Source: Azolla caroliniana
Taxonomy: Eukaryota; Plantae; Polypodiophyta
DNA: 64,000 bases
Direction: 5' to 3'
NCBI GenBank assembly: GCA_043228905.1
Contig: JBHGNT010000017.1
Location: 14,818,001-14,882,000 of the forward strand
Notes under the pieces: generated by a model
Databases searched by the model: none
What the model was told of the DNA's origin: nothing
Seen by the model: only the letters and a program-made list of their open reading frames with translations
Shown here: one piece after another, positions 12,230 through 25,600 of the stretch
Numbering within the stretch: the stretch's first letter is position 1
Layout: each line of letters starts with the position of its first letter
Program-made: the position numbers and the translations under genes

Positions 12230-13042
12230 TGTTGTGTAAAGGCGTCCCTCCTTGCGGGGGAGTCGGCCGAAAAGTCGACTTGAGTGTCGATTGGTCGAAA
12301 TCGGTCGAAAAGCCGATTAGAGTCGAATCACTGAAATCGGCCGAAAAACCGAATTTGGTCGAAATTCGGAAAGTAAAAGAATAGTCAGTTGCGAAGAACC
12401 GAATTGGGGGTTAGTTGATCGAATTCGGTGAGAGAGTCAAATTCATACTCAATCGAATAGACACACATATACATATACATATGTCTTCTACATTCAAAGA
12501 AGAAAATGACTTAGTATATATATGCTGACAGGCCTGGTGGTGCGCCTGTATGTGGGATAACTCACTAAGAGTGAAATAGTGAGAAAAGGGGAAAACCTAC
12601 ATAGCGTATGTGAGGGTGTGAGATACATATATATATATATATGAGAGAAAAACGAGTAGTGTGTGTGTGGAAAATCTGAGAACGACTGGTTTTCTGCACA
12701 GTAGTGGCTGTGTAAGAGTATACGTACTCAGAAGCTAAGTAAGAAGAAAAGAAGTGTGAAGCAAAAGAGAAAAAGACAGAGAAGCTTCGGAAGCTTCGGA
12801 AGGAATAGTCACCTGCGTGCTAGAGTTTGAAGAGCTTGACTGAAATCGTGGTTTCAGTACATGCTCATACCAAATCAGGTTTCATTGTTCTATGATTGTA
12901 TTCTGTCATTTCTCATAGTGAAAGCTCTGTTCCGTGGTTTTTCCCTAAATCAGGGTTTTCCACGTAAATTGTGTGTTCTTTCTTATTTCCTGTTTGCGTC
13001 TAAGTTCAATTTCTGATTTCGAATCGGAGTGAAACTCTTTCA
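12230..13042 (+). mobile_element. Solo LTR (probably Copia)
   Basis: TG...CA termini with 5-bp TSD TATAT/TATAT. CpG-rich 5' repeats and an LTR-end-like motif CCGTGGTTTTTCCC..GGGTTTTCCACGTAAA. Confidence 0.75.
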
Positions 13043-13627
13043 TATATATAAGCTTCTAAAAGCTTCAGTGCAAGATGTGTTTTCTTCTTTCCTTCCATCT
13101 CATATCCCACTTATGATCATCTTGCTTCGAAAGGTCGTGTAATATCATTGTGTTTCTTATTTTAGCAAATTTGATCTTTGCGAAGTGAATGGGAAACTTC
13201 TACAATGCTCAACTCACATTTTGGTTTTCCTTTCTAGACTATGGGGTAATGATAGTTGCAAACATGTTACCTTGCTTTGAAGCCTTATTGCATAGCTTCA
13301 TAAGACAAAGCTGGTTATCAGGTTACAAAATAAGCCATGAGACTGATTGGGGCAAATGCTTGATAGAAAACAAAGAAGACCTTATTAGAGCAGAAGGGGT
13401 GCTGAAATATCCCTCCATGTTTTTGGTCACAAGCATCAATGCATGCCGGAGTCTTTGGATTGCCGGAGTCATTCTTAATTGAAGGAAGACCATATGAGCT
13501 CATGAGCTCTGCTAATTCCATCTTCTTCTTGCTCCTCAGCCATGGCAGAGCAACTCTCTATCTATCTATCTCTCTATCTCTTTGAAGAGAACCCAATAGA
13601 GCAATGGGGTCCAAACATATCATCCAA

Positions 13628-14056
13628 GGGAATCTTTTGGGATTCTCTCCAAGTCTGTCGTCGGACTCGAATCGGAACCTTTCTCGGTCCTCGCGCTTTC
13701 GGCCTTGCAATCCTTTCAATTCTTGGGTTTCCGAGTTACGGGATAGAATGGAATCTTTCGGGATTCTGTTTAGTCGAACCGGATCCTTTCTCGGTCCTCA
13801 CGCTTCCGGCTCTACAATTCTCAAATTGTGGGTTTCGGAGTACGGGATAGAATGGAATCTTTTGGGATTTTGCCACTCGGAGTTGAATCGGATCCTTTCT
13901 CGGCCCTCGCACTTCCGACTCTACAATCCTTTCAATTCTTGGGTTTCCCGAGTATGCGATAGAATGGAATCTTTCGGGATTCTGTCGGTCGAATCGGATC
14001 CTTTCTCGGTCCTCGCACAGCTGACTCTACAATCCTTTCAATTCTTGGTTCTGGGA
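13628..14056. repeat. Tandem array, about 4 copies of a ~107-bp unit
   Basis: Recurrent GGAATCTTT.GGGATT...CGGATCCTTTCTCGGTCCTC...CTCTACAATCCTTTCAATTCTTGGGTTTCCGAGT. Confidence 0.9.
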
Positions 14057-14799
14057 TTCATTTTGCTGCTCTACTACACTGAAACCTTCTAAAAGTCGAT
14101 TGAAAGATCGAAAGACACAAATTTTGAATGGCTAAATGTCGGTACTTCGCACGCATGCCATGATATTACGGATCGTATACTCATAAATGAACAAAGAATA
14201 AGATACTAAGAGAAGAATGGATTACATGTGTCCCGGTATATCACCAAATATTATCGTATGTTATGCCTTGGTTGTTCAATAACGGATCTGAAGTAGAGAG
14301 CGTAGCCTCCACGATAGTGTCGACAACGTCTCAATATGTTGTAATGAAAGGGGTTGGTTGCTAACGTTATGGCGATAACATACATGTCACTATATGTGGC
14401 ATTGTGTAAATTATACATGCAAAGTGTCTTTTGCAGGTAATATGTAGACTCTTGCGACAATTGCAAGGGGGAGAGAAAAATGAGAATTGATCGATGTACT
14501 CAAGAAGACTTATTACTCTACCATTATAAGTTGCATTTTTTACTCCATTATTGTAAGTTGTATTCGAGGTTTTGAATATTTCGGGTTACGCTTTCACTGC
14601 CCTATATTGTTCATACATATCTAATAATAATCTAAACAATCCTTTGATTTTTCGACATGATTTATCTATCCGTTTCTCAATCTATCTATTTCATTTTCTT
14701 TCTTGTTCTCTATACCTCTCCTCATTTATAATCCCATAAGTTTTCACGCATCGATCACAAACTTTACAATAACCCTAAGTGGGCCTGTAGGGGCAAAAG

Positions 14800-15700
14800 T
14801 AAATTCAAACCTACTATAGGTGAAGATTGGAAGTAATTGTCATTGTCCAAACTATCAACGAGCACTTTGAGTGTAGATCCCCAATCCAATCGTTTTTAAT
14901 ACGAAAGTTCTTTTCATTACCACCAAACACTCAAGAGGGCCAACTAGAAGTAAACTTGTTTAACTTCATTGAGAAGCATTATATGCATTCATTTCATCAA
15001 TCCCTTCATAACATGCACGTTTATTCTCTTTTTCAAGCCAACTTTAGTTAGAAGCATTTCTGTTGCTACATAGTGTAATTTGATCACCTTTTGGATTCTC
15101 AACTAGAAACCCTTTTACGATTACATTGGTAACAATCTAGCTAAAGGTGGATTATTCAGAGCAAGTGCAATGGACAACACCCTCAAACTACCTCCTTGGA
15201 GAAATTCCATGGCGGGTCCCAAAAGGCAGGAGGTGATAGAGATTAGAATTTGTGAGGGACTAAAGCTACTGTCGGGCTTGTTTCATGCTTCTGTCAACAT
15301 GCGAAGGCATCAATGATGGGCCTCTCAATCACCCAAGAACCTAATGAAGAGTGAAACCATGAATGCCCATCATTATAACAATTATTGTTAATTCCCAAAG
15401 CATCATGTGGACCAAAATACATAAAGAAATATAGAAGCAACTTCATTAAAAACTTGGTAAAGATCTTCCAACTTTGATGGTTGAAATACCACTTATATGC
15501 TATATGCTTCGGAAAAAATATTGTCAAAGAATTGCTTATTCCATTATGTATGATACATTGTGAAAATTTTAAGATATGCGAATAGATCACTTTTCTTAAA
15601 CATTGTATACGAACTTCATTTATGCATAACATTCCACATACATTCAAAACCCCTTCTTACAAAGTCAAATGAGGTAAGGGACAACGCAAGATAAACTTCA
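14800..15700 (-). mobile_element. Highly decayed Gypsy-like integrase remnant
   Basis: LKFSQCIIHNGISNSL and YFNHQSW resemble FGIP..IITDNG and YHPQ integrase motifs. Many stops; a weak match. Confidence 0.35.
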
Positions 15701-17099
15701 TATTCTTTGAGATTTGCGACAACAATACATCTTGAGATGAGAATAAAGCAACCCTCAATACGCGTGAAAAATGTACCCTCACCCATGTGCATGAATGCAC
15801 ATGCACGTCATTGAACATCGATGTCCCAAAATAGACAACAAGTGATCGAGGGAGTGTAGTCTATAAAGAAGTCCATGACACTAGTGATCAATGACATGTT
15901 CAAACTAGTGACCAATGACATTAATGTTATCATTAAGAAGGTAATCATCATAGGAATTCAATAGAATACTTAAGAGACAAAAGGAAGACTCAAGAAGAAC
16001 AAAAACACAAGATTTTCAAGTCTACCCCTCCTTCTACGTATGTGTCTCTCATGAATGAATATTTATGAATGTTTTATTGAACCCCCCCCCCTACAAATAA
16101 CGAGGATCTAAGTACAATTAGTTGCTGAGTTTTATTTACAAAAAGTAGTGATGTATATCCATGTTTGACTTGCCATTTATATTTGAGTTTCATTTAGTAT
16201 TGTTTACAAGATAATTAAACTAAGATATTCAAGGGATAATCCTTCCAATGTAAGTGCATTGCAAGTATAACCCCATCAAATTTTCACGTCCAAATTTTCC
16301 ATCAACCCCCTTTTTCACCTTTGGTTTATACCCCAACTTGGAGCAATAAGCAAGGGTAACAAAGTAAAAATGAATAAAGGAAGAATATCATATGAAAGCT
16401 TGTAAATGTGACGGAATCCTACCTAGAAGTGCAGGAAGATTATTCCAATAGCATGTTGAATAGTGACAATTTGTCCATTTCAAGTCATGAGAATGCCTTG
16501 AGATCTACAATAACCACACTCCGATAAGATCTCTTTTGACTAGCAAGACATGTCCTTTATCTAGCATTGTCCATTGTAGATAAGATTTCTTCTAAGTTAT
16601 GGCACAAAATATACCTTCATAACTATCAAGATAAGAGTGTAATGAATACCAAAGGGCTAACTCAATTGGCATGGCTATATCAAAAGGAGACAAAACTAGA
16701 CTAGAACTCACATAGATCCAAACATATAGGAAGAAAATATTCTAGTTCCTAGGAGCCACTCTCCTAAAAACGAGTGCCAACATATAGTTTGAGAAGATTG
16801 ACAAGTTAAAGTGAACATGAAGTGGGCGATGATGACATGGAACCACAAAAATATGGGAGTATGGATTTAAGAGGGTTTAGGAGGTTAGCAATGAGCATCC
16901 CATCTGAAGACTTTGTCCTTATAAAGTGTTTATTCAAGTGCATCGTAGTTTACACTCCTTGGGGAGTAGTTGTATTTGAAATGAACGACAAAAATATTTT
17001 TTGGAGTTGAAATATGAAAGAGGAATGTGTTGGTTAGTTGATTATGGAGTTCCTCAAAACAAAAAAAAACCTCACACAATGAGCTAATCCGTTAGTTAC

Positions 17100-20000
17100 T
17101 AACAAGTCCCGCCACATTTGGTGTTGCACACGATTACATTAGAGCATGCTACGTGTGGAACATGTGATTTCAACAACTAAAACACTATATAAAAAGAAAA
17201 TTTGCTAAATTATCTACTATGTTTGCTTATATGTCTTGAATTAAAAATACAAAGTTCATCCTGAAGTTGTCTCAATTGTGAACTTCCATCTCAACTTTGC
17301 ATATTAACAATGAGGAGAGTCTACTAGACAAATTGACTTGAGACACCATTGTAAACTTGTAAAACCCCATGAATTAAGCCCCCGGCTTCAACGCACACAT
17401 ATGATCGTTGGTGCATTCTCATTTCAATTCTAGGACGACTTTGATAAGCAAGATTATTAACCATAATTTAACATTAAGATGACTTTGTCTAATATGTTAC
17501 GACCTTCCCATCCAACTACCGAAAACAAATTTACAATGTCTATTTTAAAGACGACATAACCATACATTTCATGTGCATGGTATGTTACGATCTTTCAAAG
17601 CAAAGATCTAACAATAACTTTAGGTCAATAAATAATTGACCTTTAAGAAATAGATATAGTGTACATTACTAACTTTATACACAAGAGAATCAAGCCATTT
17701 ATTCACTTATGATTTATGTCTTTAAAAGAGCAAATGTGAACTTTTTTGTTCTTGGAAAGGTTAAATACTATAGTATGGTTTAGGAACATGAATGTATTCG
17801 ATGAATAGGAAAATGTTATGGAGAAGTGATGATTTGCCTCGAACCAAGTGAACTTTTATTAAAATGTGTCGTGCATGGGACAAGATCGCCAAAGGGAGCA
17901 GGGCTTACGGTTTCATTTTTCCAACTAATTGAAATACCTCTATATATATTGCTAAAACAAACATGTGGACTCTAGCATAATTGCATTTTGTTTTTTCCAT
18001 TTCCGGTTCGAGTGTTAAATATTCAAGCATCAACGTCATGGCAAGGAATGTCAGAACTTCTTATGCCCCTTACCGATAAATTGATGCTGCTAATTTATGG
18101 GTAAGGAATGCACAAATTTCCGACACATACTTTTTGGTTATTGAGGAGACCATATTTAATATGATCTGATTTTTATGTGTATAATCCACATGTTTTAGGC
18201 ATACTAAGTTTTCAAAGTTTTAATCAGTAAAAGTTGCAATATACGAAGGGGTCAAGTACGAATTTCCATGGTCTTCACTTGACAAAAGCAATAATCCATA
18301 ACTCATAATGTGCCAAAAGGGTTTATTGTTGTAAGTAAATCGTTAGTAAGAGCAACCATGCCTAGCGCATAAAGGCCAAATGAAGTTGTTGATGTAAAAT
18401 AAAACCAACGTAATCCTAAGACATACATAATAGATGTATTGTAATGATTTTATTATTAGTGTCAACAACTCTGATTATACTAATGGCCTGGCACTGAAAG
18501 CAATAATGTGTAGCTCATAAAGAGCAACAACCTTTCATTGTTGCAATGGTAGCGAATAAAAGCAACATAATCATGGGAAAGATGACAATAGAATGTCTCC
18601 CCCCACCCGTTAGTAAGGATAATCATATCAAACCAAAATTTTGTTTTACTATAGTAAAACTAATTGATTAGCTTGTTACCAAAATCAAACATTATCATGT
18701 GCATGAGCATCCACGTAAAGATAGATGTATGGAGAGTAGATTAACTCATATGTTACACATGCACATCCAAATATATATATAGTTTTTCAATTTTTTTTTA
18801 AAAGGGTGCAACACCAGGACTTCTCGGGAGGTCACCAATCCCAGTACTGTTCATGATCATGTTTGATTCTCATGCACATAGAAGCGAAAAAACTAGCGTT
18901 GATGCTAAAGAAAGACACTTCACAACAGGTTTTCCACAATCACTTGAGATTTTTGAAAATGATGTTATGTGGTATCCACAAGGACTCACGAGTCAATATG
19001 TACATATATTATGAATATGCATGACATTAAGGTTAAGAGTTAAGCAAAAGGAGGCAATAAATGCATTTGTAACCATATCAAGGTACTTCACATAAGCAAA
19101 AAGATTCCCTTAATGGCGAAATCTTTTATACATTCTTTGTCGTGATACAGTGCAAGGCACGTCCGATGTGGTGACACACAATCCGAATGTATATCCATCT
19201 CACCTTTAAAGGTTTCAAATTGAACATCCGAATTGCAAGAAAATTTATTATTTTCTGCAGGTGCAAGCAATTGAGTAATGATTAGTGATGAATAATCTAT
19301 CAAGTAGGTAAAAGCATTTTAATAAGGAATGCTTGTATAAGAACCTCAATGTACCTCCATGCTATGAAAACAAATCCCTCTATAGCATTTTATATAATGA
19401 AGCATGGAGAAGACATGAGTTCCCTTTTGTTTTCGTTGTGGGTACATTTGTTCCCACCCATTGATACATAAGAAAAGCGTTACCCCGGTGTTCGTAAAAA
19501 CGAGTACAAAAATACATAAAAACTAGGGTCATGGAGAAGATGCAAGCTCCCATTGTGTTCCTATCCATAGCATTTGAACATGCTTTTAGTTTGCAATCCT
19601 TCATCATGGTATAAAAACTCATATGCTAGTGGTGTGTGGGAACAAGTATAACGAGAAATATTATCTGCTTTTAAAGAATGATAGAATTGAATTCGAGAGA
19701 CAAGTAGTGTAAAGAATGCATTTACATAATGTGATCCATTTACATAAATCAAATGTTTTTATGGGGCACGTTACTGATATTGAATGTTTTAAGGGCACGA
19801 TCCAAATAATATTGATGCATTTGACGAAAATTACAGTCATGCAACACAACACTTGTAGTTGTCTACATTTGTGGCATTGCTTCACATTGCCTACGAAATA
19901 GAAAGAGATAAATAATACTTTAAGAATGCATTGCAGCACAAAAACATCAAAAAGCCGCAGAAACCTCATTAGGCTTCCTACTGACTCAACCCAATAATTG

Positions 20001-20770
20001 GCACGTTTTAAGCGACTTTATGCGAAAGTAGTGCACTTATTGTGTTCATATACTAGTGCATCTCGTTTGTATGTTGATGGTAGGTGCATAATGTTGCTTA
20101 CATTGAAGCAAAACACGTACGTGTCACTCATATTGTTAACTACAACACACTCACCAAACTTACTAGGAGATTTTTCTACCGTCAAAGAACATATTTATCC
20201 ACCTAAACTTCACATTTACATTTCCTACCTCAGATAATACGACGAGTAATAGGTGGGTCCATATGGTTGTAGCTTTAGTCTACAGTAGCACATGTGGTTC
20301 TACAGCAATGTCAAAGGCTTGAGTGTATGGTGTTTTTCAACTTTAGAGCTGAAATGTTAGCCTGCATAAGAACAACTTGGAAGTCTACATACTTAAAAGG
20401 CAAGTAAGTGCGTTCATTGTTAGTTTGTGACATTCCAACAGAGTTCTCCTAAAAGAGAGATAATTTGTATAGAAGTGAAGATGAGACCACCGGTGTTGGT
20501 AACATATAGGAAGCTTGGTGAATGTGTTGGCCCAAATGTTTACATTGTTGGCATGCACTCCATGAGGCCATGCATGACAATTGCTAGGCTAGTAAAAGGT
20601 GATATTTTGCATCAGAAAATTCTACATGCCAATTGCTCAAATGCCATACCATAACTAAGGAGGCATTTGCTCTACAATGCGTGCCAATAACGAATGAGCA
20701 CCAGTCCTTTTGATGGGACTTGCCAACTTCGTCAGTTTCCAAAAGACATATCTACAACCATCCTTACAAT
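17100..20770 (+). mobile_element. Decayed Helitron Rep/PIF1-helicase remnant
   Basis: Degenerate motifs appear in the expected order: YVTIFQSKDL (~17581; cf. YVIEFQKRGL), VVYICGIASHCL (~19856; cf. VASSGIAALLL), LLGDFST (~20160; cf. LGGDFRQ), IEVKMRPPVLV (~20468; cf. LKVGAPVML) and LRQFP (~20728; cf. RRQFP). Confidence 0.5.
18804..18848 (-). pseudogene. 5S rRNA 3'-half fragment with terminator and oligo-A tail
   Basis: The minus strand reads AGTACTGGGATTGGTGACCTCCCGAGAAGTCCTGGTGTTGCACCC, matching the plant 5S 3' end, followed by TTTT and A9. Confidence 0.85.
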
Positions 20771-21175
20771 CCACCATCTTCACTCGATCCCTACAAATGC
20801 AACTTTCCTCGTATCAACAAACTACCTTTTATTTTATTTTTGGGTCCGTGATGGATCTTTTGGTTGGAGCATATTCGTGCATGGGTTCAGAAAAGGGTGC
20901 ACGTTTCGAGATTGGCAAAGTGTGAGTTATTACGAGTTGGGGCACCCTTGGATGTGGGTTCGATCAGAATGATGGGGAAACATTGTCAAGGTTCTTCTTT
21001 GGGACCAGGTTTTCCAGGAGACAGGGTAATGGCAATGGTGCGAAGCGTTCCCAAACTTTTTAGTTGTATAACACTTGTGGGTTGATTGATTTTGTATAGT
21101 CAGGCGGGAGAGGCCAGTCGAGGCAACATGTGAGGCAACATCATCGTCATCATAGTGTGAGAGTTGGATGATGAA

Positions 21176-21242
<67 letters not shown>

Positions 21243-21252
21243 GTAACTACTA
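21176..21252. repeat. (ACT)n microsatellite
   Basis: About 22 perfect ACT units. Confidence 0.97.
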
Positions 21253-21569
21253 CATATAGAGGTGATTGGGAAGGTGGAGTAAATGGTCATTATTGGAGGA
21301 GATGTTAGAGGAAGAAGAGGAGGAGGTGTGTGAGGGGCTCGGGGCTCTAGCCCCAAAGGATAAAAATAAGTAAAATCGAAAGAATAAAATAAGTCAAAAA
21401 AAGGTAAAGAAATAACAAATGAATGAATGAATAAATAACAATAATAATAAATAAATAAATAAATAATAATAACAAATAACTAAACAATGAATGGATGAAT
21501 AAATATATTATAATTAAAGGGATAAAAAAATACATAAATTATAAATGGATGAATAAATAAAATAATCCA

Positions 21570-21815
21570 TATATATAAATAAATAAATATATTATTATAT
21601 ATAATGTATAAATAGATAAATAAATATATTATTATATATAATGTATAAATAGATAAATAAATATATTATTATATATAATGTATAAATAGATAAATATATT
21701 TATTATTATATATAATGTAAAAAAACATAAATAAATATATTATTATATATAATGTATAAATAGATAAATATATATATTATTATATATAAATTTATAATGT
21801 ATAAATAGATAAAAC
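21570..21815. repeat. AT-rich ~38-bp minisatellite
   Basis: AAATATATTATTATATATAATGTATAAATAGATAAAT repeated about 6 times. Confidence 0.9.
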
Positions 21816-22101
21816 TAAACAAATACATTTTTCAGAAAAAAAAAGCTAATCAAATACATACATATGTACATATGCACATACATAGATAAAAACAAACAAA
21901 CAAATAAATAAATAGATAAATAAATAAATAAATAGATAAATAGATAAATAAATAGGTAGATAAATAATAAATATTTATTTATTTATTTAAATATTAGAAG
22001 GAGGAAAATAAAGGCAAAGAATTAGTGGAGACCCACTCCACCTCCTCTGCTCCTCCTCCTCTGCCATCGCCATCTCCATCTCCATCTCCATCTCCTCTGT
22101 T

Positions 22102-22162
<61 letters not shown>

Positions 22163-22224
22163 AACTAAAATTAAATTGGGTCACACCTACACTTCATTCT
22201 AACGTGTTTCATCATGCTCTGCAC

Positions 22225-22258
<34 letters not shown>

Positions 22259-22619
22259 AAAGGAACAGAGCATTTTGCCCTATCAAACCCATTGTAGAAA
22301 ACACAACCCAAAATACCCAACATCTTCTTCTTGTCTCATGCATAACCTATTGCCTACCTCACCCTTTTGCTTGTTGATCAGCAATCCATTGAAACAGACG
22401 GCTATTTACCTCTCTATTATCTCCACAGGTTGCACAACTCCTCAGTTTTAAAAGAAAGGCTGTATAAGGAAAGGAAAAAAGAATGAAATCAATAACAGAG
22501 CTTTTCCTCTCTTCAGTTCCTTTCTGTATTTAATGTAACAATACATCTCTGTGACCTGAATTTTGAATCTTGATGATCTGCATTTTGAAACTTTTAGAGA
22601 GCCCTCCCTCATCATCGAC

Positions 22620-25600
22620 ATGGAATCCAGAATGGATCAATACGAAGTCATGGAACAGATTGGGAAAGGGTCCTTTGGCTCTGCTATCCTTGTGTATCAC
22701 AAACTTGAAAGGAAAAAGTAAGCAAGATTGGTAATAAGAATTCATATTACATCATCAGTTACAATCATGTATATTCATCATAAAAAAAAAAATCCCTTAA
22801 TCATATTACTACATCAAAGCTCTACTGAATTATGGTTACAAGGGTCAATGTATAATGACACCATAATGCTACGACAGTATATGTGTAACATTACTGTAAT
22901 GTTATGATGGTACATATGGGTAATTATATGGCAATGTTAAACAAGTATATGCTTAATTATACAGCAATGGATGCTTGATATGTAACTTTTAGCTCGTGAA
23001 TGTGCTATGGATGGCTGTCTATGGTGTCAACATAGACCAAGGATTAAAAGGCATATATATATATATTTATATATATGTAGTGTTGATTTGTATACATATC
23101 GGATTCTTCGTGATGTCCATGTAGAGCAACATTTGATTGGTACATTTTGGGTGGCTATGGTGTAGTCATAGACCTAGGGTTGGCTGTAATGTAGACATAG
23201 ACCTAAGGCAAGACTGAACTTTGGGTGGCTATGGTGTAGTCATAGACCTAGGGTTGGCTGTAATGTAGACATAGACCTAAGGCAAGACTGAACTGGAAGA
23301 TCTAGATGCCAAATGTTCAAGAAGAGAAGCACACAATCATATGGATAGCAGTTAACTCTAGTTCTATGTCCATACCCGAGCATGCCAGCACTATTGTGCC
23401 TTATTACCTCCATGAAGGGATGATTACATGTCCGCTTGTAACTCTTATTATCAAATCAATTCAATTAAGACCTAAGTGGTAGTTCTATGGTATGTCTTTG
23501 ATTAATTTGGCAACTTTTGACAGATATGTGCTTAAGAAAATTCGGCTCGCCCGACAAACTGATAGATGCCGGCAATCAGCACACCAGGAGGTCCATTGAA
23601 TTATATAGCCATTGTCCTAATTATGATTATTCCATTTTTTTCATGTCTTTTATTGAAGATTAATCAGAACTTCTTGTTAATTTATTATTGTTTTTTTTAC
23701 ATACATGCTACATGATTGATCCAAAACTGTTATGTATGACCAAATCTTGATTATTGACCAGATGGCTTTGATATCAAGAGTAAATCATCCACACATCATT
23801 GGCTACAAAGAATCATGGGTAGAGAAGGTGATATCATTCATTTCTATCCTCATTAGAATTGGTTAAATAGGCATACATACATTCACATTGTATACATTAT
23901 ATTACTGGTTTCGAATCTCTCAATGTGAAGTGAAACCCACAAAAATGATTACAGCGAAAAGATCATACATACGCACATATCTGCATACATACCTACCTAC
24001 CCACCTGTATGCATCCATCCATCCATCCATCCATACATACATACACACATACATACATACATACATACATACATACATACATACATACATACATACATGT
24101 ATGCATATATACATGGTATAGCATTCGCACAAAAAAAGAAGAGTTAATTTGCTTTTGCAGGGTTGCTATGTATGTATTGTTACAACATATTGTGAAGGTG
24201 GTGATATGTAAGTTCAATATACTTTTATTGTTTTGGAGATTTAATAACTATATATATATATATGAATGACAAATCCAGATCACATAGTATAATGTCTCAT
24301 GCAAATTATGATTTGGTACAGGGCAGAGTTAATAAGAAAAGCCAACGGAGTTTATTTCTCTGAGGAGGTATACACATACATATATGAATTGTATTGTTTG
24401 TGGCTACCTGTCTTGGTTTCGTTCAGATCTATTATATGAAAGTTGGATGATAACAGAAGATCCTTTCATCAGAAATTGTGTAGGTGGTTTGCACAGTTAC
24501 TACTGGCCGTGGATTATCTTCACTCCAACCACATCTTGCACCGCGATTTAAAGGTATGGATATTGCAATTTTTATTTTTCTTTTGAGAAAAAAACATTGA
24601 GAGATATTCTTCGGGATGTACTGTAATCTATCTCTTCCATAATACCACTGTCTAATGAGTTTTATATGTTTCTGACCATCAGTAAATAATATTGTTATGA
24701 GCAGAGTTCAAACATATTTCTGACCAAGGATCACACCATTATGCTTGGTAGATGCCCAAACTTGTTGCTTTATTAATTTTATCTAGATCAATGATATTGA
24801 TATGTTTGTCTATTTTATAGTTAGTAATCTGATACTGTTCCTCATATACAGGAGATTTCGGACTCGCAAAAATGCTGAAAGCTAATGATTTGACCTCATC
24901 CGTAAGTTGTTGCAACCATTGCATTTTCTACATAAAGGAATCAAATAAATACATTAGACCCAATCAGTTTGACTTGAACCCATGCTGACACACAAAATTG
25001 ATCACTTAACACCATCACAACACTACATTTGATGATTTGTGATCATATCATTCCTAATGAACATATAAAGGTGATTCTTTCACATTGTGCTTTAGCTAGT
25101 AATGTCTTGTTTCTATCAAGAAATTTTGCATTTGTGTATGGCAGGTTGTTGGCACACCAAATTATATGTGTCCAGAGCTGCTTGCAGACATCCCATACGG
25201 TTTCAAATCTGACATTTGGTCCCTAGGTGAGTGAAGGCTTGTTTTGAATGTCTTTCTTTTCATTCTTCTTCAAATGGTAAGCTTTCTTCTATATATTTGG
25301 AGATTAAGTATTGGCATATAATTTGTTTTTTTCCAGGCTGTTGTTTATATGAAATGGCTGCCCACAGGCCGGCATTCAAAGCTTTTGTAAGCAATAAATA
25401 GTCTACAGAGAGAGAGAGAGAGAGAGAGAGGCATTTATGACATGCACTACTTACAAGTTCTTTTGTTGTTTTCAATATTTGGCTTGTGGAAAATCAATTT
25501 ATAAAAACAAAAATTTTCACTAGAAAAGAGCTAGTTAAAGTTTTGGTCTAATCATCTCAAACTCAAAACATCTGAATCCTTTTATTTATTTATTACTGTG

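Noticed and set aside
13628-14056. CRISPR-like appearance of the repeat array
   Set aside because: Units repeat in full with no unique spacers. Eukaryotic context and no cas genes.
13542-14092. ORFs of 102 and 162 aa
   Set aside because: Translations of the tandem repeat.
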